Assembly: GCA_043228905.1 (NCBI GenBank)
Contig: JBHGNT010000008.1
Span: 8,432,001-8,496,000, forward strand
Reading direction: 5' to 3'
DNA length: 64,000 bases
DNA from: Azolla caroliniana
Taxonomy: Eukaryota; Plantae; Polypodiophyta
A program made the position numbers and the translations under genes. Under the pieces are notes generated by a model. That model searched no databases and was not told where the DNA came from. It saw nothing but the letters and a program-made list of their open reading frames with translations. Shown here piece after piece: positions 1-17,706 of this stretch (its first letter is position 1; each line of letters begins with the position of its first letter).

Positions 1-1732
1 ATATAGATGTAAGCATGTGACCGTTGTTTGTCTCTCATCACCCATTCATATCACGACCACAAACTCATGCATGTTTTGCTAGTGATTATTAACATGCAAT
101 TTATAGATCAGATACCTAAGGAGTCGAGATTAGAATAAAGAATGTAGTATGCATGCTCAACCATTTTACACGGTTTTACATTCATCCCAATTTGAGCATA
201 CACTTGCACTTTCAATCGATGAGCATAGTTTGAATGTTGTTTGCTTGAAGCTCAACGGCTTCATATATAGTAGAGATAGGGGAAGCATCAAAAAAGAGTT
301 TGAATAAAGATGGGATAAACATGAGGCCCACCTTTTATACTTTATAAAGTGTTCAAGGGGGTCACATTCGAAGAAAAAGCACAAGCTATTCGTGTCTCTA
401 TCTTAGAAGAGATAAGTTCGTATTCAACTTTGTCCTTCAAGTGGGAAAGTTTGATTCCACCATCATGTCATCTAAAGCTTGCTTTTTCCTTGAAAAAAGG
501 TTCTATCTAAAAGCATCCAACCATTGACAAAATTTGACTAGCACACATTATATTTTGCGAAACGAACAAGTATACATTTTGCCCTTCAAGACAAAAGAAA
601 CCATACAAACTACAAATATGAGAGGTTTCTGACAAAAAGCAACCCACAACTTTTTCAATTTTCTTTTTATGTCGATGACGAGGAAAATGGCTTGGCCCAA
701 ATATCAGCATGACACCCGTTGTTGCATTGCACCAAATAGTTATACCAACATATATATATATATATATGTATTAGGGTTAGATTTAGAATATTTAAGTATA
801 CACAGAAAACGTATGGTCATTGGAAAATCATAAGCAAGAATTGATTTTGGGTTCTACAAGCATAGCACAATCTAAGGATATTAATTGAAATGGATAAACT
901 CCAAATCTTTCTTGTCATCTTGTTTTTATCAATCTACCTCTCATGTGAGTTCAACCTAAGCAAGTTTGTGAAGGTAATTAATTACTTCTGTGAGACAAGA
1001 ACAAGCTTATAACAAGATATCCTAGCATGGCAACCAACACATATATAAATACATGTACATTTAAATCGATAATAGCTGTTGATGATTATCACTCATTTGC
1101 ATACTTTTATGATCCTTCCTCATGATTACCACTAATTTGCATGCTTTAGATGATTCTTCATCACAAGTATGTACAAGGTTTTGCCAATTTAAAAGACCTT
1201 CCCGCAATGGTTTTGATCATCTACCCTTGTCACATTGTGATTTATTCACAATACAAGTATGCAACATGTAATCATGAAATCTAATACTATTTTGCTTCTC
1301 ACTGTTCTGTTCAATTTTCATTGATAAAAGGCAATCATTATTTTATCATCATATCGTATTGCTAATCTCATCCATAAACATATGAGTAACACCTTGTTCC
1401 TTCTGACACTTTTGTTCTTCATTAGCACTTCAAATCAATACTTTCCGAATCCTTTGAGGTCTTCTTTACTAGGACCAATTTGGACAACCAAGCTTCAGGT
1501 TATATGCCTGACACACTTTTCACAATTAACATAAGTTGAATTGAACCCTGAGGCTCATGACAAGAAGACATTATACTCCATAAAAAACTGTCACCAATTC
1601 AGCGACCAATTTTATTATAGGATGATTCCTTTCTGAAAACATAGGAAAAAATATATATGAACAACTTTGAGAGCTTCCTTGTACATATGCATATATAGAT
1701 TTATTCCATAACAAAAAGCTTTGAGTCCAACC

Positions 1733-2236
1733 TCAAAGCTTGGATAGTCTTTTGTCAGAAATGATGATTCCATCGTTATCCACATAGCACCATTCGCCCG
1801 GAGCTATTCTAACACCCCCAACACTGACAACGACATTCGTAGAACCTTCCCCTTTCTTCGAGCTTTTAAGCGGGTGGGATGCAAGGGCTCTAACCCCGAT
1901 CTCACATTCATTGATCTCATCCACATCACGGACACATCCATTCACGATGATCCCCGCCCAACCATGGTTTTGTCCGATTGCGGCCAAATTACCGCCCAAG
2001 AGGGCACACCTCAGGCTTCCTCCTCCATCCACAACGAGTACTTTCCCTTCTCCATCTCGCTCTAAGGCATTCCTCACCAACACGTTGTCTTCGAACACTT
2101 TTACGGTCTCGATCTGTCCCGAGAAGTGGTGGCTCTTCCCAAATGATCGGAAGGTCGGTGGGAGGATCCGAATGTTGCCCGTGGCTATCTCGTTCATGTG
2201 TTCATCGCAAAGATCTGTCGTAGCTAGCTTTGCCAT
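1733..2236 (-). CDS. RraA-like protein / putative 4-hydroxy-4-methyl-2-oxoglutarate (HMG) aldolase, 167 aa, single coding exon
   Basis: Family motifs ATTDLCD, FSGQIETVKVFEDN, GKVLVVDGGGSLRCALLGG, GWAGIIVNGCVRDVDE and PGEWCYVDNDGII. Contains G-X20-R-D-X2-E (G-NLAAIGQNHGWAGIIVNGCV-RD-VD-E), the motif linked to aldolase activity in RraA-like proteins. No N-terminal extension. Confidence 0.95.
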   Translation of the reverse strand: MAKLATTDLCDEHMNEIATGNIRILPPTFRSFGKSHHFSGQIETVKVFEDNVLVRNALERDGEGKVLVVDGGGSLRCALLGGNLAAIGQNHGWAGIIVNGCVRDVDEINECEIGVRALASHPLKSSKKGEGSTNVVVSVGGVRIAPGEWCYVDNDGIIISDKRLSKL

Positions 2237-2245
2237 TCCAATTAT

Positions 2246-2880
2246 CTGTTACTATAATGTAAACAAATATAACATGAGTCAATATACCGACCTCAATATA
2301 GCATTGAACATTATGTTTGTTTTTACACCAAAAACTGTTAGATGATGAAAAACATAATGAATCAGAAAGTCATGACATCCATTTTACATACAACACAATT
2401 AGATTGACAAAGTGAAAACATATACAGATTGGCAAAAATATACCATAATGACAATGTTCAATACATCAATGTTTAGATTATCGGCAATATATACACATTA
2501 TAACAATGTTCGATACAACAAATACATGAGAAAATGATAACAATCGAAGGTTCAATATATGGTGGCTTCATTTTGCATATTGAAACCCAATGGGTGTTGC
2601 AACCTCATAATAGTGTGCACTGTATAGCTTTCCAATTTACTTTGAAACCTAGTAAAACATATTTAAAACTTAATGAGCATTCTCATAGAAAACATCGATC
2701 AATTTCTTCAATCAACATAGGTCCTAAACCCTATCCCCCGCCCCCAGCTTTTGATAACAGATTTCTCATGAGAAAGCCCTAATTTTGCTCCACATGAATA
2801 TTTTCACCAAAAACCCATGTGATAACAGGTTTCGAATGAGAAAAACCTAAAAGTTGCCTCCTACTATGTGTAGAACTCAC
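2246..2880 (-). other. Probable 5'-UTR intron of the aldolase gene
   Basis: Minus-strand donor GTGAGT at 2880 and acceptor AACAG ending at 2246, 9 nt before the ATG. The upstream exon contains a CT repeat typical of plant 5' UTRs. Confidence 0.65.
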
Positions 2881-2962
2881 ATCAATCAAGATTCAATACT
2901 ATTTCTTTCATGCAAAGAAAGACAAAAAGAAACCCAATTCCATGAAAAGCAAAGAAAGAATT

Positions 2963-2966
<4 letters not shown>

Positions 2967-3012
<46 letters not shown>
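2967..3012. repeat. (AG/CT)n microsatellite in the putative aldolase 5' UTR
   Basis: Uninterrupted AG dinucleotide run. Confidence 0.95.
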
Positions 3013-3017
<5 letters not shown>

Positions 3018-3259
3018 GTGTTACAAACCTTAGTTGTGTTTTGCTGTTTCTTTGTGAAGACCAAGCAAAGGGCATATAGAGATGGAACCAAAGACTGTGT
3101 TAAAACAAAAAACGGAAACCCTAAAAGCAAAGAAGGATGGAAAAAGCTACTCTGGCCGCATACCAATTCCAGAAGACCCCAAATTGGCAGCGAAAATAGA
3201 GTGACAAGGAATAATATGTTGTTGTTGTGAGCCGAGGCACACATGAAGACACATCCTTA

Positions 3260-3665
3260 TCTTGACTTGACCCCACGCTAGTCCGCCCTACTTCACTTGA
3301 CCTAAGATAGCCCAATAATGCCTTGACCCAAGGGTTGTTAGTTGTCCGTTCACCTTGACTTGACCCGAGACTCAGATGTTGTCATATGCCCAAACATGCC
3401 TTGACCTGGGGTTGTCAGTTGTCCATTCAACTTGACTTGACCCGAGACACAAATGTTGTCATCTGCTCAAACATGCATTGACCCAGGGTTGTAGTTATTC
3501 GTCCATCTTGACTTGACCCGACACATAGATGTTGTTGTCCACCCAAAATAACTTGACCGAAGATACATAGTTTTTGCCTAAACTTGACTTGACCTCATAT
3601 ACAACATTGTCCCCCCAAACTTGACTTGACCTCAAAATAAATCATTTCTCTCCATTGTTGACCTT
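3260..3665. promoter_or_regulatory. Degenerate tandem repeat (~77-bp unit, ~38-bp subunit) carrying ~18 TTGACY (W-box) motifs upstream of the aldolase
   Basis: Repeated cttgacttgaccc / ccttgacc cores. Three clear ~77-bp units start near 3321, 3399 and 3476. The repeat is directly visible; a regulatory role is inferred. Confidence 0.6.
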
Positions 3666-4130
3666 GGACACAATGTTTGCCCAACTTGATTTTACCTTGG
3701 TTATAAAGTTCTCTGCACAAGCCCAACTTGAATCTTAGGTATAGAGTTGTCCACCTAACCTAACTCCGACAAAGAGTTTGTTTGTTCCAATCTCCCCCCA
3801 ACATTGGAGTTTTGATTTTCCTCCACGGTAACCCATGGGTTTATTTGTCCTCCCTTTCTGAGAAAATTCTATGGCAATCACAAACTGAGGTGGTGCATGG
3901 GAGATGATCCTTCGGTCATTCAAGTTGGTTAAGTGTAATGAGAACATAGTGACTCGATAAAGAGTAATAGTTTGAACTTTGGACTCACAAAAGGTGTGCA
4001 CTCACCAATTTGAAAACAAAAGCTTATCGTTGTCCTATGGAATTCAACTATCCCACGTGTCATCATCTCTCTCTGGCCAAACTTCATGTTATTTTTCTTT
4101 TTAAGCTTCAAAAGAGCGATTAGAACAATT

Positions 4131-4362
4131 AGTTTGATTTCTCAATTTACATGAAAAGGTACAAGGTATAATGTGAAAAGGATAAGTAGAAATTATTCTT
4201 GTGATTAGCGAAATACTTATAATCAATTTATGTTCCTAATCTAATAAATTTAGTGTTGATTGCTCATTTTACATTAAAAGGTACAAGGTATAATGTGAAA
4301 AGGATAAGTAGAAATTATTCTTGTGATTAGCGAAATACTTATCATAAATTTATGCTCCTATT
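4131..4362. repeat. 122-bp tandem duplication downstream of the aminotransferase
   Basis: aaaaggtacaaggtataatgtgaaaaggataagtagaaattattcttgtgattagcgaaatacttat occurs twice, 122 bp apart. Confidence 0.9.
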
Positions 4363-4655
4363 CTTGGACAATATACAAATTCAACACTAAAGGTAAGGCA
4401 AAACACAAAAAAACCAATAATAGGCCTTTCAAGATTTTGTTTATTCGAAATACGTTGCAATTATTTATCCAATTGGTTAGTAGAAATTATTACATTGCAC
4501 AACCAACAATTTTATGCATGGAATTAACCCAAGTAGCTATCAGTTGTTGAGTATGGAAAGAGATCATATTTGAGTTTTGATGCACCCCATAATTCTTCTT
4601 GTTCTTCAAGGCCCTTTAGCTTTATTGTTGTAATTTGTCAAAGGACTCTTTTTGG

Positions 4656-10087
<5,432 letters not shown>

Positions 10088-10189
10088 CTTCTTGTTCCTT
10101 TTTGTTGTATCAGGAATCAAAAGGAAACCCAGAAGCTCTCTGTTCCTCTGTTTGTTTGTTATTGTTGAAGGTGCCTCCTGGAGACCCCA

Positions 10190-10196
10190 TTTTATA
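10190..10196 (-). promoter_or_regulatory. Candidate TATA box of the aminotransferase gene
   Basis: TATAAAA on the minus strand ~105 nt upstream of the ATG at 10087. Confidence 0.55.
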
Positions 10197-11800
10197 CACA
10201 TACACACACATACACCCATCAACACCACCCCAAGTTTGCATTAAACCACATGTTTCCATCATCTTCACACACACACATTCCTTTCTTCTTTCTTTTTTAG
10301 CCTCCTTATAAAAAATTAGGGGGGGAGGGGGGGGGAGCTTAGTTCTTGTGCTCCATTACTTCATAAAGGTCTCTCTTTAGGTGAAAACACACAATTTTAT
10401 TAATAAATGTGTGTGAAAAATGCTACTTACAATGGGTGTCACAATAGAGTATGGTTATGTGTGTGTGCGCGCGTGCGCGACTTGTGCCTTCCACACTCTT
10501 GGAGGTGCTTGCCAACCAACCTCTTCCCGCGTCTCTTTCTTCCTCTCCACTCTGGCTCCTCCGCTTCAAGCTTCATTGTAACATCCTCATTGAACCTCGT
10601 CCCATGTTTACTAGCATCCATGTGCTTAAATTTGTCCTTTGACACATCTTTTGGTACGCACATCTGTTGTCTGTGTCCTACACCACATGCTGCATGTGTA
10701 TGCCCAACTAACTTACAACTTCATGAGCCCCCTGAAGGAGTGAGTTGATGAAGACATCTAAACTATTACTTGATCATTGACAATGTCCTATATCTCTTTC
10801 TCTCTCATTGGGGTCAATGGTCACATTAATCGGTCATAACATTGAGATTTGAACCCAAGTTCAATCCTCGACTCCATTCCATACATCATAATTCAATATC
10901 CTTTGGAAATCAATAGAAGCTAATCATTGCCTTAGGAGTTCTCACCATTGGCGACCTAGGAGATGTGATAGGTCGACCCATTAAACATTTTCATTAGTGC
11001 ATTCATTTAGCTATAGGTAATGTGCATTTAATTGTTGGAATGGAATGAGTATAGCTTGCATCTTTGCATTGTATTGTTTGGGCTTAACTTATGTCTAAAG
11101 GGATGATTAGTACAACCATCATGAAATTGATCAAACTTTGCTTACATAGCATTAGAAATTCAAGAAGCATGCTTGGTTATGTTCTATGCTACTTATGCAT
11201 ATGATTGGTCAAAATTAGGTTCTTGATGACATGACAAATTAACTTTGGGCACATTAGGTACCTTAAAACAATCATGCAAGGCTATAATGTTTTTTTAAAA
11301 CGAATTAAACAATGTATTATATTATGGTAATTTCTCTTTTTGCGGTTTTCTTTCTAGCTCCTTTAATTATCACAATACGCTTCAATGGCATTTCCATACT
11401 TTTTGTATCAATGTAATGAATCTTGTAAAGCTATTACATCTTGTATAAATGGGACTCTTGTAAACTATTTACATTTAAAAAAAAACTTGTGCTCCATGAG
11501 TCCATAAAGGCATTACAATGCTTTTAGATTCTTCTTTAGCACGCACTTTGTTTTTATTTTTATTTTGCGAAGGGTTGCTAATTATATGTGAAAGTATGCA
11601 TCATTAGCAATATAGAAGACGAGATGGATCTTAATTCCAAACATTGTCTTCAACATAATCTCTTTTTCTCACAAAAGTTAGTATTCACATGTTCTTACAT
11701 CCAACATTGGTTAGTAGTAAGGGGGAGGAGATAGAGAGAAAGAAAGATATATTAACGTCATCTAAGACCAACATTGGTCCATGAGACAATTGATTACAAT

Positions 11801-12090
11801 CCTTGTTGTAAAATACTTAGCATAAAATTCGTATTTTAAGTATTCTACAAGTATTCTAACTTTTTAAAAAAAATACTTAGAATATGTATTTTATAGATAA
11901 AATACGTTAAATACTTAGAATACTTGTAAAATGCGTTATATACTTCTTAAAATTTAAAGATTTTTTTTAAAATTTTTTTTTGAAATGATAAATACTTCTT
12001 AAATACATAGAATACATCAAAATTTAAAAAACAACAGTTCTAAAACGTAGAATACTTCAGAGTATTCTAAAATGAAGAATAACAACTAAG
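11801..12090. mobile_element. 290-bp AT-rich MITE with 8-bp TSD (hAT-like)
   Basis: Flanked by ATTACAAT at 11793-11800 and 12091-12098. Imperfect TIR ccttgttgta / aacaactaag. Internal aatactt(a)gaatac repeats. Confidence 0.7.
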
Positions 12091-13232
12091 ATTACAATTT
12101 ACAATAATGGTATGTGTACCCAATCATTGAAAATAAAAATAATAGTTTTGGTGTGGTATAAAAATGTTATGGGGTGTAGCATGTTCTATAATGGAAATGG
12201 ATGTGTGTTGAGAGTCTATATTAGTTCATTTCCATCCAAGTCTCTCAAAAAAGGGTAGGGGGTGAAGGGTTTCAATGTAGGTCTAGCACGTGGTCTCAAT
12301 GTAAATGGTATCTCGACCATAGGTTCTAGGTGTAACTCATGTTCCCTTATTTTCTTAATTCTTTCTACATGATAATGAGTCACTTTGAAGCCCGATATTT
12401 GAGGGTGTTTTGTTGCCCATTGGTTTTTTGCTTCTACAAGGGAGAGGCCAAATGGTACAAGTGTGTTCGCATTCACTGTTTCCCTGTCTCTGTAAACATT
12501 TAGTGGTTATATGTTAGTGAATATTAGAAAAGTTATGATTAACATTTTATAGCGTATTCGATATATGTTGTTTTAACTCTACAGTATACCTACCTAGTGT
12601 CTTTATGTCCGAGGTATCCAATAATTGGGAGAGGGTGGGAGAGGGTCCATGTTGAATACGATGATATAATGGATGTATTCACATTATCCCATTGTACAAA
12701 CTAGTATAGGCTAATTTTGTGAATAGCACAAAGGGCAGTTGCCCTAACTTGGTTAGTATATAACAAAGTTTGTAACCTACTTTGAAGATGATGTTGCCGT
12801 TATTCTTGTAACTGACATTTTTGAATAATACAATGTATTCTATTGTGCCTCTCAGTTTCCCTCTCTCTCCCTCCTTTGTTGCATACTAATGTTAGACTCT
12901 TGCAAATTGTCTTTGTTACGTCTGTTCTTTGTGCCACATCCATCATTTGTTGTCCTTTAGCATAAAATGTTGTGTTTCAGACTCTTCCATTGACAACCAT
13001 GTCCCCTACCATTGGTATTAGAACGAGGTTCGTGATGTTGGTCGACCTTTTGCTTCTACAACATTAGCACTTCAATCCACTCGTCAAAGACTTCACACTC
13101 ACTGCATCTTTCTTGAACATAATCTCCAAGATTTCAATCCAATTGAAATCTATTGTCTGGCAACTGTAGATCTGCATTTTGTGAGAGGAAGAAGCACTTT
13201 GCCAAGTTCGTGCTCAATCCAGCTAGATCATA

Positions 13233-13520
13233 TCTTGAGAATCAAACTCAACTTCCCCAAGGTGTGAACACATCCTAAGACCACAAGTGTGTGGACACAC
13301 CACTACCACTATGTAGCATAACTAATGTGTCATAAGACTTAACTTCTATGACACATAGTTAGTAGGTAGTTAAGTTCTGTCCTCTTTCCCAAGAGTTAGG
13401 CGTAGTAAGAGAGAGTACAGAGAAGGTGACCATATAGGCATCTTCTCCCTTCATTTGTAGTTATTGGTTATTGCTTTCTTGTGAATACAATTTTCTAGTT
13501 TTTTCTATCTATCCTTGTCG

Positions 13521-13610
<90 letters not shown>

Positions 13611-13668
13611 CACGTCTTCATTCCACTGCACAGAATCATACATTCGATTATTTACATGGTATCAGAGC
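13233..13668 (+). mobile_element. Orphan Copia 5' LTR (13233-13656) plus Met-tRNAi PBS, related to Copia C
   Basis: Starts tcttgagaatcaaactcaactt (Copia C LTR starts tgttgagaatcaagctcaactt) and ends cactgcacagaatc...tttaca, followed by TGGTATCAGAGC. Contains a CT+(CA)n microsatellite at ~13521-13607. Confidence 0.75.
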
Positions 13669-13670
13669 AA

Positions 13671-13826
13671 TGTTGAAGAAATGGGTTGCAGAAGATTGTT
13701 GAGGACCTGTATATTAGTGTACAACAAACGACATAGAAAAACTGAATAGGAATATTCAAGCTCAAGATGATAAGAAGCAAGGAAAACAAGGTTAAGCTCT
13801 AATGGAAACTTTGTATTTCTCTTTCG

Positions 13827-13861
<35 letters not shown>

Positions 13862-14095
13862 TATACAATGTTACAGTTGGGATAATATACTCAAGCCCTA
13901 ACTTAAGAACGTGTTCACACTTAAGGATACTATTTGGAAGGAGTCGGTCTTTTATGCCAACAAACTCCCGTAAAAGGGTTACTCTTCCTATGTATACAAA
14001 TAATTGTATATAATTAGTTGGGGTTATCTCCCCCGTGAACCTAGATTATAAATTTAATCTAAAGTTACAAATGTATACATACAAGGCAATCAACA
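13671..14095. mobile_element. Possible isolated LTR
   Basis: TGTTGA...TCAACA termini and LTR-like composition, inserted just after a PBS. No matching TSD, so tentative. Confidence 0.35.
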
Positions 14096-14497
14096 TTTGG
14101 GCGAATTTGCAGAGGTAACATTGGGATCTAGCCTAATTTAGCTAGTCATCCGGATGGTACGTCGTCCGGGTCGGCTTGTTTGGGTCAGTCGAATTGACTG
14201 GTTCAGATTGTCTTGCATACAAGTCGGCTCGTTCGTTCGTATTGGCTTGTGTCCGATTCCAACTCTTGGCCTCTAGTCGATTGTCTGCTTCCCACTCATG
14301 CTAGCACTTGTGCTCCTCATTGGATCCCCGATCTGTTTTTGGCTTTGTTCGCCTATCGATGTCTCCTCTCCAATTGGCATCCTTGCTTAGTGCTGTGACT
14401 TTAGCCTTTCAGATGTCCATCAACGTCAACTTTGCCTTTTTGGCTCGTCTTGACAGGCCGATCTTTGACTTACCTGTTGTGATTGTTTGTTCGGCTA

Positions 14498-14857
14498 TGT
14501 AGAAAATAAGATGTGGAAGCTTACGAGTTAACAACGCAGTTGGCTAGACCGAATGACAGACAACAGTTAGGAATACACAAAGAATGTGTGAGAGGGAGTA
14601 GACAACAAAAGTATATTTCAAAATAACAACGCTCTGTACATCAAAACGTGCTCAGTGAGCACTCTTTATACAAGTCCTCAAAAAGGACTCACAAAAGTAC
14701 TGACAAGTACTTCAATGCTCATAACTGAGCTATTGACACTGACTCCTAAAATATTCTCATTACTATGAATAGGAATATAGACACTAACGGCCCATCGACC
14801 TATCCCTCGGCCGACCAGCTGTCGGCTTCTTCAGCCTACTCTCATTAGTCGACTCGA
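14498..14857 (-). mobile_element. Truncated Copia A-family LTR in inverted orientation (left arm of the fold-back palindrome)
   Basis: Reverse complement of 14858-15187 at roughly 90% identity by eye. Ends in TCTACA on the minus strand with no PBS following. Confidence 0.9.
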
Positions 14858-15289
14858 CTGAAGAAGCTGACAACTAGTCGGCCGAGGGTCAGGTCGATGG
14901 ACCGTTAGTGTCTATATTCCTATTCATAGTAATGAGAATATTTTAGGAATTAGTGTCAATAGCTCAGTTATGAGCATTGAAGTATTTGTCAGTCCTTTTG
15001 AGGACTTGTATAAAGAGTGCTCACTGAGCACGTTTTGATGTACAGAGCATTGGTATTTTGAAATATACTTTTGTTGTATGCTCTCTCTCTCACACACACA
15101 TTCTCTGTGTATTCCTAACTGTTGTCTGTCATTTGGTCTAACCGATTGTGTTGTTAACTCATAAGCTTCCACATCTTATTTTCTACATGGTATCAAAGCA
15201 CAAGGGTTGAGAATCCACTACTGCTGACAAAGGAATCAACACAAAGACGAAGAGCTTCTCTTTCAAACAAGAGGAACATGAACAAAGGT

Positions 15290-17706
15290 ATGGGAAACTC
15301 ACTTTCAACGGAAAAACTCTAAAGGTACCACCAGAGCTGACACACAAAGACGTCCCAACTTGGGAGCAAGTAGCAAGCCGAGTTTTGTACTACTTTGGCT
15401 TGTGTGTCCATGATCAGATTCTCGGGTATGTAAGGGATTCAAAGTCAGCTCAAACAGGAGCTCAACAACGTTTGGCAGGAGGTATGTCAGTAATTGACTA
15501 CACCACAAAGATCAAGGAGATCCGCGATGCACTCGGCTCCATCAACATGATGGTGGAAGAAGACGAGATGGTGCAGATCTACCTTGGTGGGTGAGCTCAG
15601 AAATACGGACCGATTCGTACGACTATTTGCATGAGGGAGAAACTGCCGACATTTTTTGACTTGCAGTCGATGCTCTTGGTAGAGGAGAACCACACGAGTG
15701 TGTCGATGAGCATGCACCCTGACAACAAGATGATGTGCACGGAGACAGAGAGGCCCTGTGGTCATGGTGGATGCGGTGGATTGACACACAATGGAGGCGG
15801 TCGACATGAGCAGAACAAGAGGCATAGAGGAAGTGTTGACAGTAGTGGACCCTCCATGAGTAGGGGGAGTCAAGGTGGTGCTGGGAGTTGGCAAAACAAA
15901 GCTATCGACTGCTGGTATTGTGGTTGAAAAGGCCACAAAGAGAGCGAGTGCTGGAAGAAACAGGCTGATTCAGACAAAGCCGGATCAGACAGAGCTGACT
16001 CTAAGAGATGGCAACTCTTGCACTACATAGAAGGCTCAGGAGGAGCAGAAACTAGCCCAACCTTCGTCATGAAGCACAAGGCCAATTCGATGAAGATGCG
16101 CACCTCAAAGATGAACGAGGTGTGGTATGTGGATTCTAGAGCTTCCAACCACAAGGAGTGGTTCTCAAATCTAGAGAAGCCGGAACAACCAGGGGTTGTT
16201 GAAACCAGGAACGGCACCCCTAATCCCATCAGGCACATCAAAGACGTTCTCGTGATCCATGTCGGCCAAAAATGGAGGTTGAGGAACGTCCGGCACGTCC
16301 CAAAGATCACCAAGAACTTGGTGTCGGTTGGACAAATAGTCAACCATGGAATGCAGGTTCGGTGCACTCATCACAAGTGCTTCATTGAAGAGGAAGGCAA
16401 AATCATTGCGCAAGGGCGTCAAGAAGGGAGGATGTTTATCCTTGAGACAAATGATGTTGGCACTGCTATGTTTGCCAAAGGGCAAAAGGTTGAGTCGGAC
16501 ATTGACCTGTGGCACAAGTGGTTCGGCCATGTCAACTTCCCATTGGCTTCATGAGATGCAAACGAAGAACATTGTTTTCGGCTTGCCAAAATTCAGTGGT
16601 CGAAAGGGTCACGTTTGTGAAGCTTGGCAGTTAGGGAAGCATCACTAGCTCCATTCCCAAATGAGCAAACTCAGAGCCATAATAAGCTCGACTTGATCCA
16701 TTCAGATGTGTGGGGACCAACACAGAATGTGAGTCTAGGCGGGAGTCGATAATTTGTCTACTTCATCGGCGACTATAGCCAACACACATGGATCTATCTC
16801 ATAGAGAAGAAGCGTGGTGTCTTTGACTGTTTCTGGAACTTGAAAAGCTTAGTGGAAAGGGAATTAGAGAGAAAGATCAAGTGTTTGTGGTCGGATGGCT
16901 AGTTCAACTATTATCTACAACAGATGGGAATTCAACGTGAATTCACCTGCAGATATACACAAGAGCAGAATGGCGTAGCCGAAAGGAAGAACCGGACAAT
17001 CAAAGAAGTGGAAAGGGAAATGCTCGAGGAGAAAAGCATGCCCAAGTTTTACTGGGCCGATGCTATCCGAATAGCCATGTATCTTCAGAATTGGACATCT
17101 ACAAGTGGGGGGAAAGTGTCACCACATGAGTTGTACTTCGGAAAGAAGCCGAACTTGGCACACTTGAGGGTGTTTGGCAGCATAACATATGTGCATGTGC
17201 CGAAGGAGAAGTGGAGGAAGCTCGATGCCAAAGCCAAAAAATGTATCTTAGTCAGTTACTCGGACGAGCAAAAGGGTTATAAGTGTTATAACCCCGAATC
17301 AAAGAGGTTTGAGTAATCCGAGATGTCGTGATTGATGAATCGATTTTGTGCTACCAACCTTCGACTAATCCGACCCCCATGGAATCCAAATCTAATTATG
17401 GAGATGAGGCCAATGAGGCCGACCTCATGGTTGAGGAAGAAATCGACACTCTTGAGGAGAGTCCGATTTCATTTCGGCTAAGTGGGCCGAATGAGGGACT
17501 GAGTCGAAACGACCAATCGGATGAGGAGCCGATGAATGATGGAGACTTGGCCATGCAATTCCTGTGGATGAAGCTGAGGAGATGGCCTACCTGCAAGGAG
17601 AAAGGGAAGAAGATGTGGGGATATGGCACAAATGCGGGCACATCGGATCCAAGCGAATCTGATGGGGCCATGAGCAAAGATGGAACTCCGGAGTTGAGGT
17701 CGTAAT
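15290..17706 (+). pseudogene. Copia A1 gag-protease-integrase remnant
   Basis: CWYCG zinc knuckle, WYVDSRASNH, DLWHKWFGH, QNGVAERKNRT and HLRVFG. Multiple stops and frameshifts. Confidence 0.9.

Noticed and set aside
160-720. Possible decayed LINE 3' end
   Set aside because: No diagnostic motif could be confirmed by eye.
1733-2236. Bacterial rraA/menG or horizontal transfer
   Set aside because: Closely resembles the standard plant RraA-like family and has a probable spliceosomal 5'-UTR intron.
3260-3665. CRISPR-like repeat/spacer appearance
   Set aside because: The spacers are homologous to each other, the context is eukaryotic and there are no cas genes. It is a degenerate tandem repeat.
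12216-12476. 86-aa minus-strand ORF
   Set aside because: No recognisable domain or gene structure.
12600-13030. Possible decayed LTR with PBS-like tggtattagaac at ~13013
   Set aside because: No definable LTR start, partner LTR or coding remnant.
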